A DNA stretch of 63,840 bases, counting the filler, from Lenisia limosa (Eukaryota > Protista > Breviatea), in assembly GCA_001655205.1 (NCBI GenBank). It is 11 parts of 11 records of this genome, joined end to end, with 100 filler letters (N's around TTAATTAATTAA, not from the genome) between each part and the next. Parts side by side here need not be neighbours in the genome. Positions count along the whole stretch, not along the records: positions 31,038 to 36,254 come from LPNZ01006981.1; positions 36,355 to 39,397 come from LPNZ01011004.1; positions 39,498 to 55,911 come from LPNZ01002873.1; 8 more parts are not named here. One strand, given 5' to 3'. Position numbers and translations under genes: made by a program. This document shows positions 34,101-46,095 of this stretch, piece after piece (within the stretch, counting starts at the first letter, position 1; every line of letters starts with the position of its first letter). The notes under the pieces are model-generated. The model did no database searches, was not told where the DNA came from, and worked only from the letters and a program-made list of their open reading frames with translations.

Positions 34101-34421
34101 ATGCCACCAAAACTTTTCAAATGTTTATTTTCTGGATGCTCAAAAGTGTTTAATGATACTTCCAATTTGTCCAGGCATTTACGAGTCCACACTGGTGAAA
34201 AGCCGTTTTCTGTTTTTTGTTTTTTCGCCCCTGACTGGTGTCCTCATAGCAACTGTAATCGATCATTTTCAAGAAAGTCTATCCTTCAAGATCATCTAAG
34301 AGTGCATTCAGGACAAAAGCCATTTTCATGTCCATATCCTTCATGTATAAAGTTTTTCTCTCAAAAAAGTAATATGTTGCGCCACTTCAGGTTTTTTTTT
34401 CCTCTTGACATAATCATTTGA
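34101..34421 (+). CDS. C2H2 zinc-finger protein (3 fingers, Kruppel-type linkers)
   Basis: FKCLFSGCSKVFNDTSNLSRHLRVHTGEKPF..CPHSNCNRSFSRKSILQDHLRVHSGQKPFSCPYPSCIKFFSQKSNMLRHFR; a further exon may end near 34575. Confidence 0.9.
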   Translation: MPPKLFKCLFSGCSKVFNDTSNLSRHLRVHTGEKPFSVFCFFAPDWCPHSNCNRSFSRKSILQDHLRVHSGQKPFSCPYPSCIKFFSQKSNMLRHFRFFFPLDIII

Positions 34422-36216
34422 ACACACTTTAAAGCTCAATCCTATAGGTATGCGGTATTCTCTAATATGCTCTCCAAATGTTTCAGCAGCTGTTCAAACT
34501 GTTCAGCCAATCCAGCCAATTAGAACTATTCAGGCACTTTCGTTATATCAAGAAGTCCAGATAAACCCTGAATGAATGTATTGAATAATTATGACTTTTG
34601 GAAAATATGGACATTCCTGTTTGATTTTTTGAAAACCAGTCGATTCATCCCACTGAAAGAACTTGAAATATTAACTCCTTGTGCAAAAGATATTTCTTGT
34701 GAGGGTTGAAGGGAAGTGCACTGCGAAACATGACTTGAGCAAAATGAGGAAGATAAATAGTCAGGTCGTTTCAGCCACAAATAATTGGAATGAGGCTTCA
34801 TAAAAATGGAATGTCCTTTTTTGGAACTGCGAGATAACTTACATGACAATCTCACTTCATGAAGAGGGTTGAGGTGAAGAGGTTCAACATCATTGAAAAT
34901 ATGATCATGATTGTCCAAAACTACAGATTTTGGAGTGAAAACTGGAACAACAAAACTCATTAACTGTAACACATTCATATTCTTATTCAAGGATAAAAGT
35001 AAACTTGTTGCCAGGGTCGGTCAAACTCATGGAGGTAAATTGATCACTAGATGGGGATCCGAGGTGACACTGCCCCAACAGTTCAGCCAAAACTCCAATT
35101 CGCAAAAAAAAGTACATAGTTTTGTAGCTACTCAAATTATAAGAAGATACGAGGTTGGTTGAGGGATGAGAAGTTCCGAGTGTCATCTTTTAACAATCAG
35201 TTTTAGTCCAACTCTGAAGATCATGATTGTGTGATTATTCACAAAGTTTTATGATCCCCAGTGCTCATATACGAAGAGGGCTTTTGTGGAGTAAATTGTT
35301 TTCTTTTCTCAATGAAGCTCCTACATATTTTGCGGTAATATTTAGAGAAAAGAACAGGGCAGTTCACCCCCCTCCAAGGGATTCCTAAAAATGGGCTGCC
35401 TCCGAAGGAAATGTCAGAAATCGGTTCGGAAACGGGATGGATATGTTTTAAATACTGTATTAAGTATATAAAGCGCGAGAGAGTCGAGCGAAAGTCCTTT
35501 TATTATGAGGTATGAAAAGTGGAAATTTTGCATTATTACCTTCCTATGCTCCTTGAGTGGAATAGAGCTTTTCAATGAATTCTATGTTAATATTGGGAGA
35601 TTTTGGAGAAGTCCTCATTTTTTATCGTCCAGAATAATGATGAGAATCACTGATTAGGGCATAACTCAAAATTTCTTCCTAACGTATCCCCCTTTTTTTC
35701 TCTCTTGCCCCTCTAACTATTGCTATGGTTGTTTAAAATGCAGTTCATTGGAAAACAAGAATTTTTTGCTCTGATTCAAGACTTATTCCAACTTGCCCCC
35801 ATACCCCCTTTAGTTGTTTTGTATTTTCCCACCTATCATCACCATTCCTTTGACTTACTCTGTAGTTTTACTCAATAAATAAAAGTTTCCTTTGTTTGCA
35901 ATCACGCTGTGAGTAGGTTACGGTATTTGTGTTTATATGTACTTGCCTTCAATATGACTCTGACGCATGTAGTTTATTGTGCTCTCTATTTCAATCTACT
36001 ACAACGACCTCTCGGTGTCTACTGAAGTCAAATGTCTCTGTCTTTAGTTGATGCTATTCTGGACAATCTGAAAAGGTTGAACGAAACTGATTTTCCCCCA
36101 GAAGAAGATTGTAAATGTGCTTTTTGTAACAAATCACCTGTGTCCTTTGAATTTTTCGAAACACAGTTTTCATTTTGTTACCAACTTTTGATTGGTAAGG
36201 CGACCCCCCTGAGTGC

Positions 36217-36254
36217 GAATTCCAACCTGAGTGCGAATTTCAACCTGAGTGCGA
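36217..36254. repeat. 18-bp tandem repeat (>=2.5 copies) running into scaffold end
   Basis: CCTGAGTGCGAATT(C/T)CAA units. Confidence 0.85.
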
Positions 36255-36354
36255 NNNNNNNNNNNNNNNNNNNNNNNNNNNNNNNNNNNNNNNNNNNNTT
36301 AATTAATTAANNNNNNNNNNNNNNNNNNNNNNNNNNNNNNNNNNNNNNNNNNNN

Positions 36355-39300
36355 GTGTTCTTCGCTCATGGCCAATCTTTTGGTATGTCATCAAATTTCC
36401 TCGCGCATCTCACTGCCTTCTAAATGTTTTTGTAATCGTAAAAGAAGTTTAATTGCTATTTTGAAGTAACTTACAGCAAAAAAGAACAACCTCACTTATC
36501 CGCTTAGAAAGGCGGAGGGGAGTGGGCTCTATTCCGGAAGAGGATGTTGAATTCTTTCTCCATGGCGAACAAGGGGTTTGCAGGCTTATTGTTGGGTTTT
36601 CTGGGTACAGTATTGATTCTTTAGGAGGATTACTCCAACAACAACTACTATGCTTGGCGGTATTGCGGCAAGTATATCAAGGTGATTATCGGGTTGATGA
36701 GTAGCGGACCAGTTCTATTGGCACTAACAACCCAGACTGGAATGACTGAAGCGTTGTTCAACCCATACCCCTTCACAAGAACCGTTGAAGGAGCGGCAAT
36801 GAACTTCTTATATGTATGTTGCGCTTCCTCCCAATAATCATATCACTTTTCATATGTAGGCATGGCATAACTAGAGCTACAATTAATATTAATATTAATA
36901 TTAATTAATATCATATCGTATGATGTATTATCTTTGTTCATCGTAAATATTAATATTAATACCAATATTACTAGTCATATTCACATGTATTAACATAATA
37001 GTATTGTACCATTTTCCCTGTTTCTTCAGTATTTTTTTATTCATGCTTCTTATTATGTATTAATTAGTATTATTAATAAGTATTATTCATTAGTATTATT
37101 GGTAAGTATTATTAATTAATATTTTTATTAATATTTTATGATATGATATTGTTTGTTATTTTTATTAAATCATTATTTCATTATTTTCTTCGTTAAATCT
37201 TCCAAGTCCCATCAGCTCGTTAATGTCCTGTTCTACCCCCATGGTGCATCTTATTACCCGAATATCATTGCCCTGAAGGTCTCTAAGTCTAACACCCATT
37301 CAGGGTGGATACGCTATCACAAGCATGGAGTTTAAGGAAGACATGAGCTATGCCACGGCATTTGCAAGCAACTTTGACGTGATGTCGTCGAAGTTCAGGC
37401 CTGCCTACGCTATTGGCGGCGCCGTTTTGTCGGTGAGGGGGATTCTGTCTTCTGCTAACTCTATTTTGCTTGGCGGGGTTGGGGTTGAAAATGATGTTTT
37501 TATAGGCAAGCACTCACAGTTTAGGCCCAAAAACCAGGAACATCCACCGACATCTTCAACTACGACTACAACTACCGCTCCATTATCACCAGCAGCTTTG
37601 ATGTTCCTATTGGGTCATATTCCGTGGGCTGGAATTGAAAGGATTAGGATGTTTAGTTTTGCTTCTTATTCAATTAATGATTTTATGTTATGTATCACCA
37701 AAAGGTACATCTTATTTTCGCTTTGTTGCCACCCAGGATTTATATGTTTAGTCAGCGTCATACTGGAACACCGCCGCCCCAGCCGGGACATTAACCAACG
37801 GAATGTTCGAGTTTAAGACCGATGACGTCATTGCCGGCTCGCTGACTATTGGCAAGTACCCCCCAGGAATCAAAATATTTTTCATCCCTGGAATGATCAG
37901 TATGAGGGGGGAGGTTACATGGGCTTAAAAGAGATATTTTATTTTCACGCACACCACTTTTTAACGCACATCATTTTGGAAAACCGGATAAAATACCTTA
38001 AATAGATAGGGTTTTTATGTTTTGCTGCTGGTCAAACTCGCTAAACGAATTACCACCAGTTTGAGAAAATATGAATTTTTTTCCCCATGGTGTGTTCTGT
38101 CACATCATTGTTCTAATGCAGTGTTGCATCTGTGCAAATAGCCAACTGTTTCAGATGGCTATGATGATGAGGTGTCAAGCATGCTCGGGTCCACAGGCAG
38201 ACAGAAGATTAAGGTTGGATTGGTGGTTGGTTATCTGACGTAGTATGTTAAATATGACATTATATATGATATTCTGATACTTCGAGCAGGGTGTGTATCG
38301 CGTTGGGAGGGCACTTGAGTGTTCCCATTTGCTCCTATCACAATTCCTCCCCATCTTACCTCTCACTCACCCCCCCCCCCCCNNNNNNNNNNNNNNNNNN
38401 NNNNNNNNNNNNNNNNNNNNNNNNNNNNNNNNNNNNNNNNNNNNNNNNNNNNNNNNNNNNNNNNNNNNNNNNNNNNNNNNNNNNNNNNNNNNAAAGAATT
38501 GGGATTGTGTGTGGTGTTTATATGTTGCTAATATCGACAGAATTGGAAGTTTATTTACTTCCTCTTTGTCAGCTTAATAGAGGCCATTTTAGTTCAATTG
38601 TTTTCACTGCTATTTGAACAACAGTACCCCCTTTATATCCCTCACTCGCTCCTTAGAACACTGGAACGTTTGACACCGTTCGTCGTATCGATTCGAAGCT
38701 GTCGTACAGCAGTATGGCCACAACTGGCTGCGACTCCTCAACTTTTCCGGGTATGTAATGGGTCAACTTTCCCTGGTTTTGATCAAAAGAAAAGGATAGT
38801 AAAAGCTTAAACGTTATCATGTTTTAAACATTGCATAAAATTCTGGGGACAGTTCACCAGATATGTTGCCTGAGAAGCTGAGAGGTTCAATCTTTACCCT
38901 CACGTTCTGAACCTTCAGCCGAAGGTGCTGCCGGTGATAATGACGACTACTACTTCCGTCGTGTCATGTGCTATGGCTCAACTGGAGTGGGGGGGGGGGG
39001 NNNNNNNNNNNNNNNNNNNNNNNNNNNNNNNNNNNNNNNNNNNNNNNNNNNNNNNNNNNNNNNNNNNNNNNNNNNNNNNNNNNNNATCTCAATCCTTGAT
39101 TATAATTGGTTCTTCTCTGTGCCCCCAGGATAAATCGTGATCTTTTCAGTGCGTTTGTGTGGTAACTTTTATTGATTGTTTCTCTGTGTTTTCTTATGTC
39201 CCTGTTATTCATTTATTCTTGCTCTTGACAAGCTAACCATTGCCATGTAGAGTCTGGCCTAACCATTGCCATGTAGAGTGGGACCTCGCGAACAGTGCGC

Positions 39301-39397
39301 ATGGACGAAATGCCGTACATCAAGAGCACGTCGCAATGGACCGTTGTGTCCAAGTTCGACCACGGCGGCACTAAGCTCTACTCAAAGATACAGAGCA
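36355..39397 (+). CDS. Large multi-exon protein of unknown family (internal fragment)
   Basis: Open, splice-bounded exons: EDYSNNNYYAWRYCGKYIK; GPVLLALTTQTGMTEALFNPYPF; GGYAITSMEFKEDMSYATAF; SASYWNTAAPAGTLTNGMFEFKTDD; AEGAAGDNDDYYFRRVMCYG. Confidence 0.55.
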
Positions 39398-40414
39398 NNN
39401 NNNNNNNNNNNNNNNNNNNNNNNNNNNNNNNNNNNNNNNNNTTAATTAATTAANNNNNNNNNNNNNNNNNNNNNNNNNNNNNNNNNNNNNNNNNNNNCTC
39501 CTGTGTGCTGAACACTCCCGAACTTATTCAGGAAATTGAAATTGCTAAGAGTAGTTCCTTGAATCTAAATATGCATGGGCCAGAATTGCCGACTTACGAG
39601 ATGATTTGACTGAAGCTGAAATCCATTACACTGAGCACCCTGATCAACTTCCTTGGCAAGGTAACCCAGTCATTGGAAAAGATGACAATCTTGCTTTTGA
39701 GCCTGGTAAAGGAAAGAGGGTCTCAATTGTACCTCATACAGAAGACCACTGGTCAAAACGCCTCTTGGAAAAGAAGAAATATGAAATTGCACGACAAGAC
39801 AGTTGGTATCATCACATATTCTTCACTGTTTAGAGTTGAAAAGGGCAAAAAAAGCATTGGAAAAGTGTGAAGCTCGTAATCAAATGATAAAACGTAAGGT
39901 GTTTTCTAAGATTTGTTGACTGTATTTAGAGAAGCATCGCAAAAAACCAAGGTAAACGGTCTAAAAACTTCTATTACCTTTCATTACCTCAATTAATTAT
40001 GTCTAATGCATTTTATGAAAGCGTATATTAATTGTTATCTGAAAACATTGTGGTTTTCCTTAAAAGAAATTGTTGACTTTCTTTAAAAATTTGACCTTTT
40101 TATGAAAGTGGGTACGGTTTTGTGGCTGGGTACGGTTATGTGGGGTCACCCTATACGTTTTATTAATTTTTCCAAAAATTAATAGCAAAATTAATCAAGA
40201 CGTGAGAAGAGCCGAGTTGGATCTGTTTGACAGATATTCAACACAGCTTCATCAACAGTCAGAGGTTCAATGATAACTTCATTCCGTCTTATCAATGTAA
40301 TACCGGAAAATACGAAAATTTTTACCATATATACAATTGCTCTCGGACCCTACCCCTTCTATACATTACATCATAGACCTACCCTACTTAGCCAAAAAAG
40401 CGTATTTTTATAGT

Positions 40415-41388
40415 TAAAACCGCAAACATGATAACAACCGTAAAACAGGATTATAAAACCGCGAACATGATAAAAACCGCGAACATGATTAAAACCGCGA
40501 ACATGATTAAAACCGCGAACATGATTAAAAAACTGCGAACAAAAAAGGAGGCTTTTCTTTCAATTTTTGACCCAATACGCTCCTTATATCCCCTCTTTCG
40601 CATAGTTTGCAAATTATTGCCCGAAACACTCCTTTATACAGGGTTTTATTCAAAAGAATAGGCAGGAGTATCAACATACTATTAAAAACACGGGCTATGG
40701 ACCTAAAATCGTCCCTGTGATAAAGCGAAGACGTTCTTGCACCAACAGATGTGAATTTTACCACTCTTAAGCAATCTAGAAGCATATTAGTAGAGAAAAC
40801 GAGATAAATTGAGCAAAAACGAGCGTAAATTACCCAAAAATGGGCGAAAAAATGATAGAAGATGTTAATAAATCAAGCTAATTTGACTCTTACCTTTTTT
40901 GTGCCATGCCATGTTACTGACGCAGCATATACTTTAATCAGACGTCTATTTCGTCGACTGGCTCCATTATATAGACTGAACAAGGAAAATTCTTGAAAAA
41001 AACCCTCACAAAAGTGACTTAAATTTCTCAAAACCACTACGTTTTCTCTGAAATTGGACTTCAGATTAGAATTCTCCTAAAAATCTGCGTTTCTTTAGTG
41101 GAACTTTAATTGGCTCAAAATGTTATTATTCTGAAAGAGGGGGTTTTCAAAAAATATTAAAGGAAACTGAGTGACCCCGGCCGGGTTTGATTCTGATCAA
41201 AAGATCATTTTTTTTATTATTTTTTCATCCCCGCTTTTCCCTCTTCTTTTTGGTCAAAATTGCTTTGTTTTGATGTTATTGATAGTCTAGTGCTCAAAAC
41301 TGCCGAATTTCACACTAAAAATGGTGTTATTGAAGCGATTTATGTCGATTTTTGGCTTGTTCGCGGTTTTAATCATGTTCGCGGTTTT
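40415..41388. mobile_element. Candidate ~1-kb non-coding DNA transposon derivative with inverted subterminal 18-bp repeat arrays
   Basis: (AAAACCGCGAACATGATT)n, ~6 copies at 40415-40541, and its reverse complement x2 at 41357-41388. Confidence 0.55.
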
Positions 41389-41540
41389 GCACACCAACCG
41401 AAATGTATATATATATGTATATATGACCATGACCCTCACACATGTAATATAATACTACCAGTATACTATCTGTAGATAAAAAAGGGACATATGATAAATG
41501 ATGTACATGATTGTAAGTGTACCCAGAGAAAACGATAATA

Positions 41541-41620
41541 AATGACAAATAAAAAAAGTTGCATCTGGCCGATACCGTCCACACCATCACGCTTAAAATA
41601 AATATTTGATTATAGTATTA
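41541..41620 (+). repeat. Element X, 5' half
   Basis: AATGACAAATAAAAAAAGTTGCATCTGGCCGATACCGTCCACACCATCACGC...GATTATAGTAT. Confidence 0.85.
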
Positions 41621-41639
41621 AGTATATGAGAGTTGGGTA

Positions 41640-44600
41640 TACCTGAGCAAGGGAGGGTGCAGGATGGTGAGGTTGCGGCATCACTGGAGTTGTTTGTTGT
41701 TGTTTGGATGCGCCCCAAGGAGAGGTGTTACGCATAGCGTTTTGCTGAATAAGTGAAAGAAAAAAAAATTCCTTAGAAGTGCTTTAAAGGAGAAAGCTGA
41801 CTCGCAAAAGGGACGCTGATAATATTTTAACAGATCATCTACCAATATAAAGCACATCGTATGATCCCTCTAAGTAAAATAGGGTACAACTGGCCACAAT
41901 CACCCACAGAAGATGGGGGTTGAGCTCTAGGCTGCTGGGGTTGGGAGGTCCATGGGTTCGGCTGCATTATTAATGGTGTGAAGACGAGAATGAGTAAAAA
42001 GATGTATTGGTCACCTCTAAATAATGATTACCTTACAGCAGAAAAATGAGTGCGTGATGGTGTTGCTTACCTGGGGTAGGGAGGGGACTGGTGAAGGGTT
42101 GTTTTGTCTTTCAGGTGCGGCCTGTTTGGTGATAACAAGTTCACCTCTATGAAGCTGTGATGAAGGGAAATACACATGTTTTCCATTGTATGTAATATAA
42201 AAAAAACTCGAAGTAAGGATATGAACAGTGGTGTTAGTGAAAACTCTCACCTGTGATGGCTCAGCGGGTTTCTGTGTCGGGGTTATTGTCTGGAAATGTC
42301 ATGGGTATATTAAATGTACCAAAAGACAAGAACGTGTTTTGCCATTAACTTTTAAAAAAAAGTATCATACTGCCATTCATACATCTTCAGTATCGTACAA
42401 GTAGTCCCCAAATTCAAAGGCAGCTGAATAGTTAAACATTTTGCTGGTGACACTGGGAAAAAAACCGAATCAGGCAAACACTTTTCGAAACCCTCTTACA
42501 CTCATCTTCATCCTCGCGTTGCGGTAAGTCATCATATCCATCAGAAGGTTGGGGCACCCAGGGACCGTAGTATTCCTTTGCCCTATTATGGTCATAAGTA
42601 AGCTGTCCTTAATAGGGGTTTGATGATAGAAAAGATTATAATCAACATTCAACAGAAATCATCCACCACGAAGCCCACTGTTTAACACCCAGCTGAAGCT
42701 CGTCTTCGTCAATTTCGAAGTATGGCAGTCTCTCTTTGCGAATGGCAATATGCGGGGGATTGTTTGGCCGTCTGCAATGTCAGATTTCTTACGACTGATG
42801 ACAGCTCAATCTCTTCATCTTCCCTACAAACAATCCGAACTATCACTCAAGGAATACCTTCTATTAAAGTAGTAGCAACAATTATTATTAGAATCTTTGA
42901 TATTATTGACAGCAGTATTCTGTCTTATTGCATGAAAAAACAAGGATTCAGCAGACATAAAGCAGTCGCCAGGGAAATCAGGAGGCTTGTTGATGATGTC
43001 CATGCATCTAAAGTGATGACGATGATCCAGACGAAGATTACAGTTACGCATCTTTGTCAGACTTCCATGAGGGTATTTTTATTACGCTCATCAGGGACAT
43101 CGCGACACCCAAGAAACATTACCTGTTGTAGAGCAGGAGCGTGGCAACCGCGTCCCTCGCAGCGTATTCAATCTGCACGGGCTTCAGAGGCCAAAAGGAC
43201 CAGTCTGAGCACGCCACCGCCTACAAACGATGAGGACTGGTGTGGAAAAGGATCACTTTTGTTTCAAAAGATAATACAAAAGTCTGGCACAGTTATCATG
43301 ATATGACTTCATTGGCTATGATGAGTACAATTACTGGTGTGCAAACATGTAGACATGTCATCTATAATATCAATCATGGTATGAATAATTATATACATAC
43401 AGTGGTGTTACCAAATCCATAATACTTTTACTTTGGGCATATAGAGCTGCACCAGACGGTGGACACACGACTAAAGGAGTTAGTGTGGGGTGATAAGGGA
43501 AATAGAACAAGGATGATTCAAACCTCCCAGTATGAGCTTGAACTTACAAAATAATCCATCAACGAAGTATGCTTTGCTGTTTAACATTCACAAATAAACA
43601 TATCGTTTCTTCCAATGATAACAGAAAAGTAGACCCATAACACCAACCCCAAAAACCTGTAAACCCGGAGAATTATCTCCTTCCAAAATGAGGTAGCAAA
43701 GAAGACAACTATCAACCGCATTTCTAGGCATGATACCAAGGAACCTCCAGAGATACCTGGAAAGTCAGAATGTAAAAACAAAAACAAAAGTGATAAATGA
43801 CAATGAATACACTACTTCGCCATTTCCCCTTGGATACCTTAAATCAAGTCGCATATCGAAGAAGGCTTTCACCACTCCAGGGTCTCTGAACACCTGAGCT
43901 GATGAGATGTGACCAGAGCTTGTAAGGTCCAATATTATTGGTCTTTTTCTGACTATCATGGATATATTTTGAAGAGATGCTTTTCCATTCCACTGATAAT
44001 GATACTGGTTGATGTGATGGTTTCCTCGCCCACGTTTTTGACACTGACAGGAGGCGTCTTACCCGCAGGTACCTGAACAACCAAACAGGCATCCTCAGTG
44101 GCCATCTATAAAGAATAAATGCGAAAAGCCAGAGATATTTATGAGCGCCTTTGCTCAATACGTATTACAACGCTAAATTTCTTTGAGAATGTGTGCCATG
44201 GTTACCCCATACTTGAATAATCAGAGTGGGAGGAGTGGTTTGGTTCCATTCAAGGTCAACCCCTGAAACAATGAATACATAACATATTAGTACTTTGGCC
44301 AATATTAGAAGTTTTGATGCATCCAAAAACAATACAACAACGACAAAAAAGGGGGATTGGGTTTCAGCTATAATTCCCTTTTTGAGTCCACCCACCCAAA
44401 ACTCGTTGGCCTGGCGGCTTAATTTGGAGGTACTTTGCAAACCATAAGTTGCACTATATCAGTTATCAAAGGGTGTAATNNNNNNNNNNNNNNNNNNNNN
44501 NNNNNNNNNNNNNNNNNNNNNNNNNNNNNNNNNNNNNNNNNNNNNNNNNNNNNNNNNNNNNNNNNNNNNNNNNNNNNNNNNNNNNNNNNNNNNNNNGTAC

Positions 44601-45670
44601 ACAGTTGTCATACTCCCTGGAGAATGCACTCCATTGTAATGAAATACGTGATTAGCTGAATATTATCAACATTCCAGTGATCAAACCTCATCATTGTCCC
44701 GAGTGGTAACCACGGCAATGTTGGCGAGGGAAATTGCATGACTCAAGTTGGCTCCAAGCCCAGACTCTTTCAACCCCTTTGGGGCCGATAACTGTCACGT
44801 TAACACTATGACAACAAATGGTTCTCACTTGACTGAAGGAACAACGGTGTAAATTACGATGAAATAAAAGGCGTTTATTCTCGAAATAATGTAACCACTT
44901 ATGAAGGAACTACTTAACCCGCATACCCTCGTAGCCTTGCCTTTCTTCGCCATAATACGTTGGCGGAAAGTGTTAGAATTCTCAACAATATGGGACTCAA
45001 ACAGCTGCATTTGTGAAATGAAAAAAAGACGAGAACCCAAGAGGACAAGACAATCAATCTTTTCTTTGTGGAAATTAATTGAACCTATCTCTAAACCCCT
45101 ACAGTTTTGGCGACAGCTTGCTTGGTTTTCTCCAAGTCCACACCGCGGACAGTGCATGTAAGATTCGGCTGAACACTAAAACGTTTAAAGAACAAGTTTG
45201 TGGATACACTCGCATACTGAACTTTGGGTGACAATAGAGTCAATAATGGTGCAAAATCCTCACATACAAGCAATGGTATTGAAAAACAGGAGGATTGCCG
45301 TCAATTCTATCATATCTGTAGTGTGGAGGCCGAAGGTCTCCACGATCACAATGTTTCTAAAAAGATTAGAGAGATTCTTTTCATGCTGTACAGCCAACAG
45401 CTAATAGGGGTACTGGCAATAGAACCACTTTTTCCAATGGAAATAACTATTATGACGAATTGATATTCAGACAGTATTCTATACTCCGTTTTAGGATAGC
45501 AGAATAGGAGCAGTTCAATGTACAAAATAATCAGGTAGGAGGAATTGAGCGTGAAAATAACCAAAGGCTGGTAAAGCGCTTACCGCTAAGATTTCAACGA
45601 AATCAACACCCATTGTCAGCTTATGATCCTCAAAGACTCCAACAAGGGTGTTGCGATAACGACTGCGAAA
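41640..45670 (-). CDS. DEDD 3'-5' exonuclease (WRN-exo/EXD2/Mut-7-like) domain protein with a P/Q-rich C-terminus
   Basis: ExoI GVDLEWNQ..LIIQ|MATEDACLVVQ; ExoII FRDPGVVKAFFDMRLDLR; ExoIII CSDWSFWPLKPVQIEYAARDAVATLLLY; ends approximate. Confidence 0.8.
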
Positions 45671-46095
45671 TAGAAATGTAAACCACTCAACGTCTATTTC
45701 TCTCAATGAATAAGAACTATAAACAAAATTATGTATATTACAAGGCAAGTGAGGGCAAAAGGAACCTTCTCTCACTGTCTCACTGTCTCAGCCTCAGGAA
45801 TCCACTTTTTAGAGAATTAGATCAAACGATCTTTAACTTCCTTACTTGTTATTTGCTCAAAAATTCAGGTCGATTTCTGCGATTCGGTCACTTTTTTTAC
45901 GTTTTAGCATTACATCCTGGACAAGAAATGCTAATAATAAGCTTATCTTTTTTAATATTGTTTTCAAATAAGCTCTCTCCTTCCTCCCCTGCGCTTGGTT
46001 TATTGAATAATAAGAAGAAAAAGTCAGATTGACCAGGTTTAGTTGTTCAAAACGTATTGTGTCCTCGTGTTCCTGAATTTCTACAATTGCACAGT

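Noticed and set aside
40428-40661. ORF with repeated KTANMI peptide
   Set aside because: Translation artefact of the 18-bp DNA repeat.
42722-43306. 194-aa plus-strand ORF and many other 60-180-aa ORF-track entries
   Set aside because: They are antisense to, or intron read-throughs of, the spliced genes identified; no independent coding evidence.
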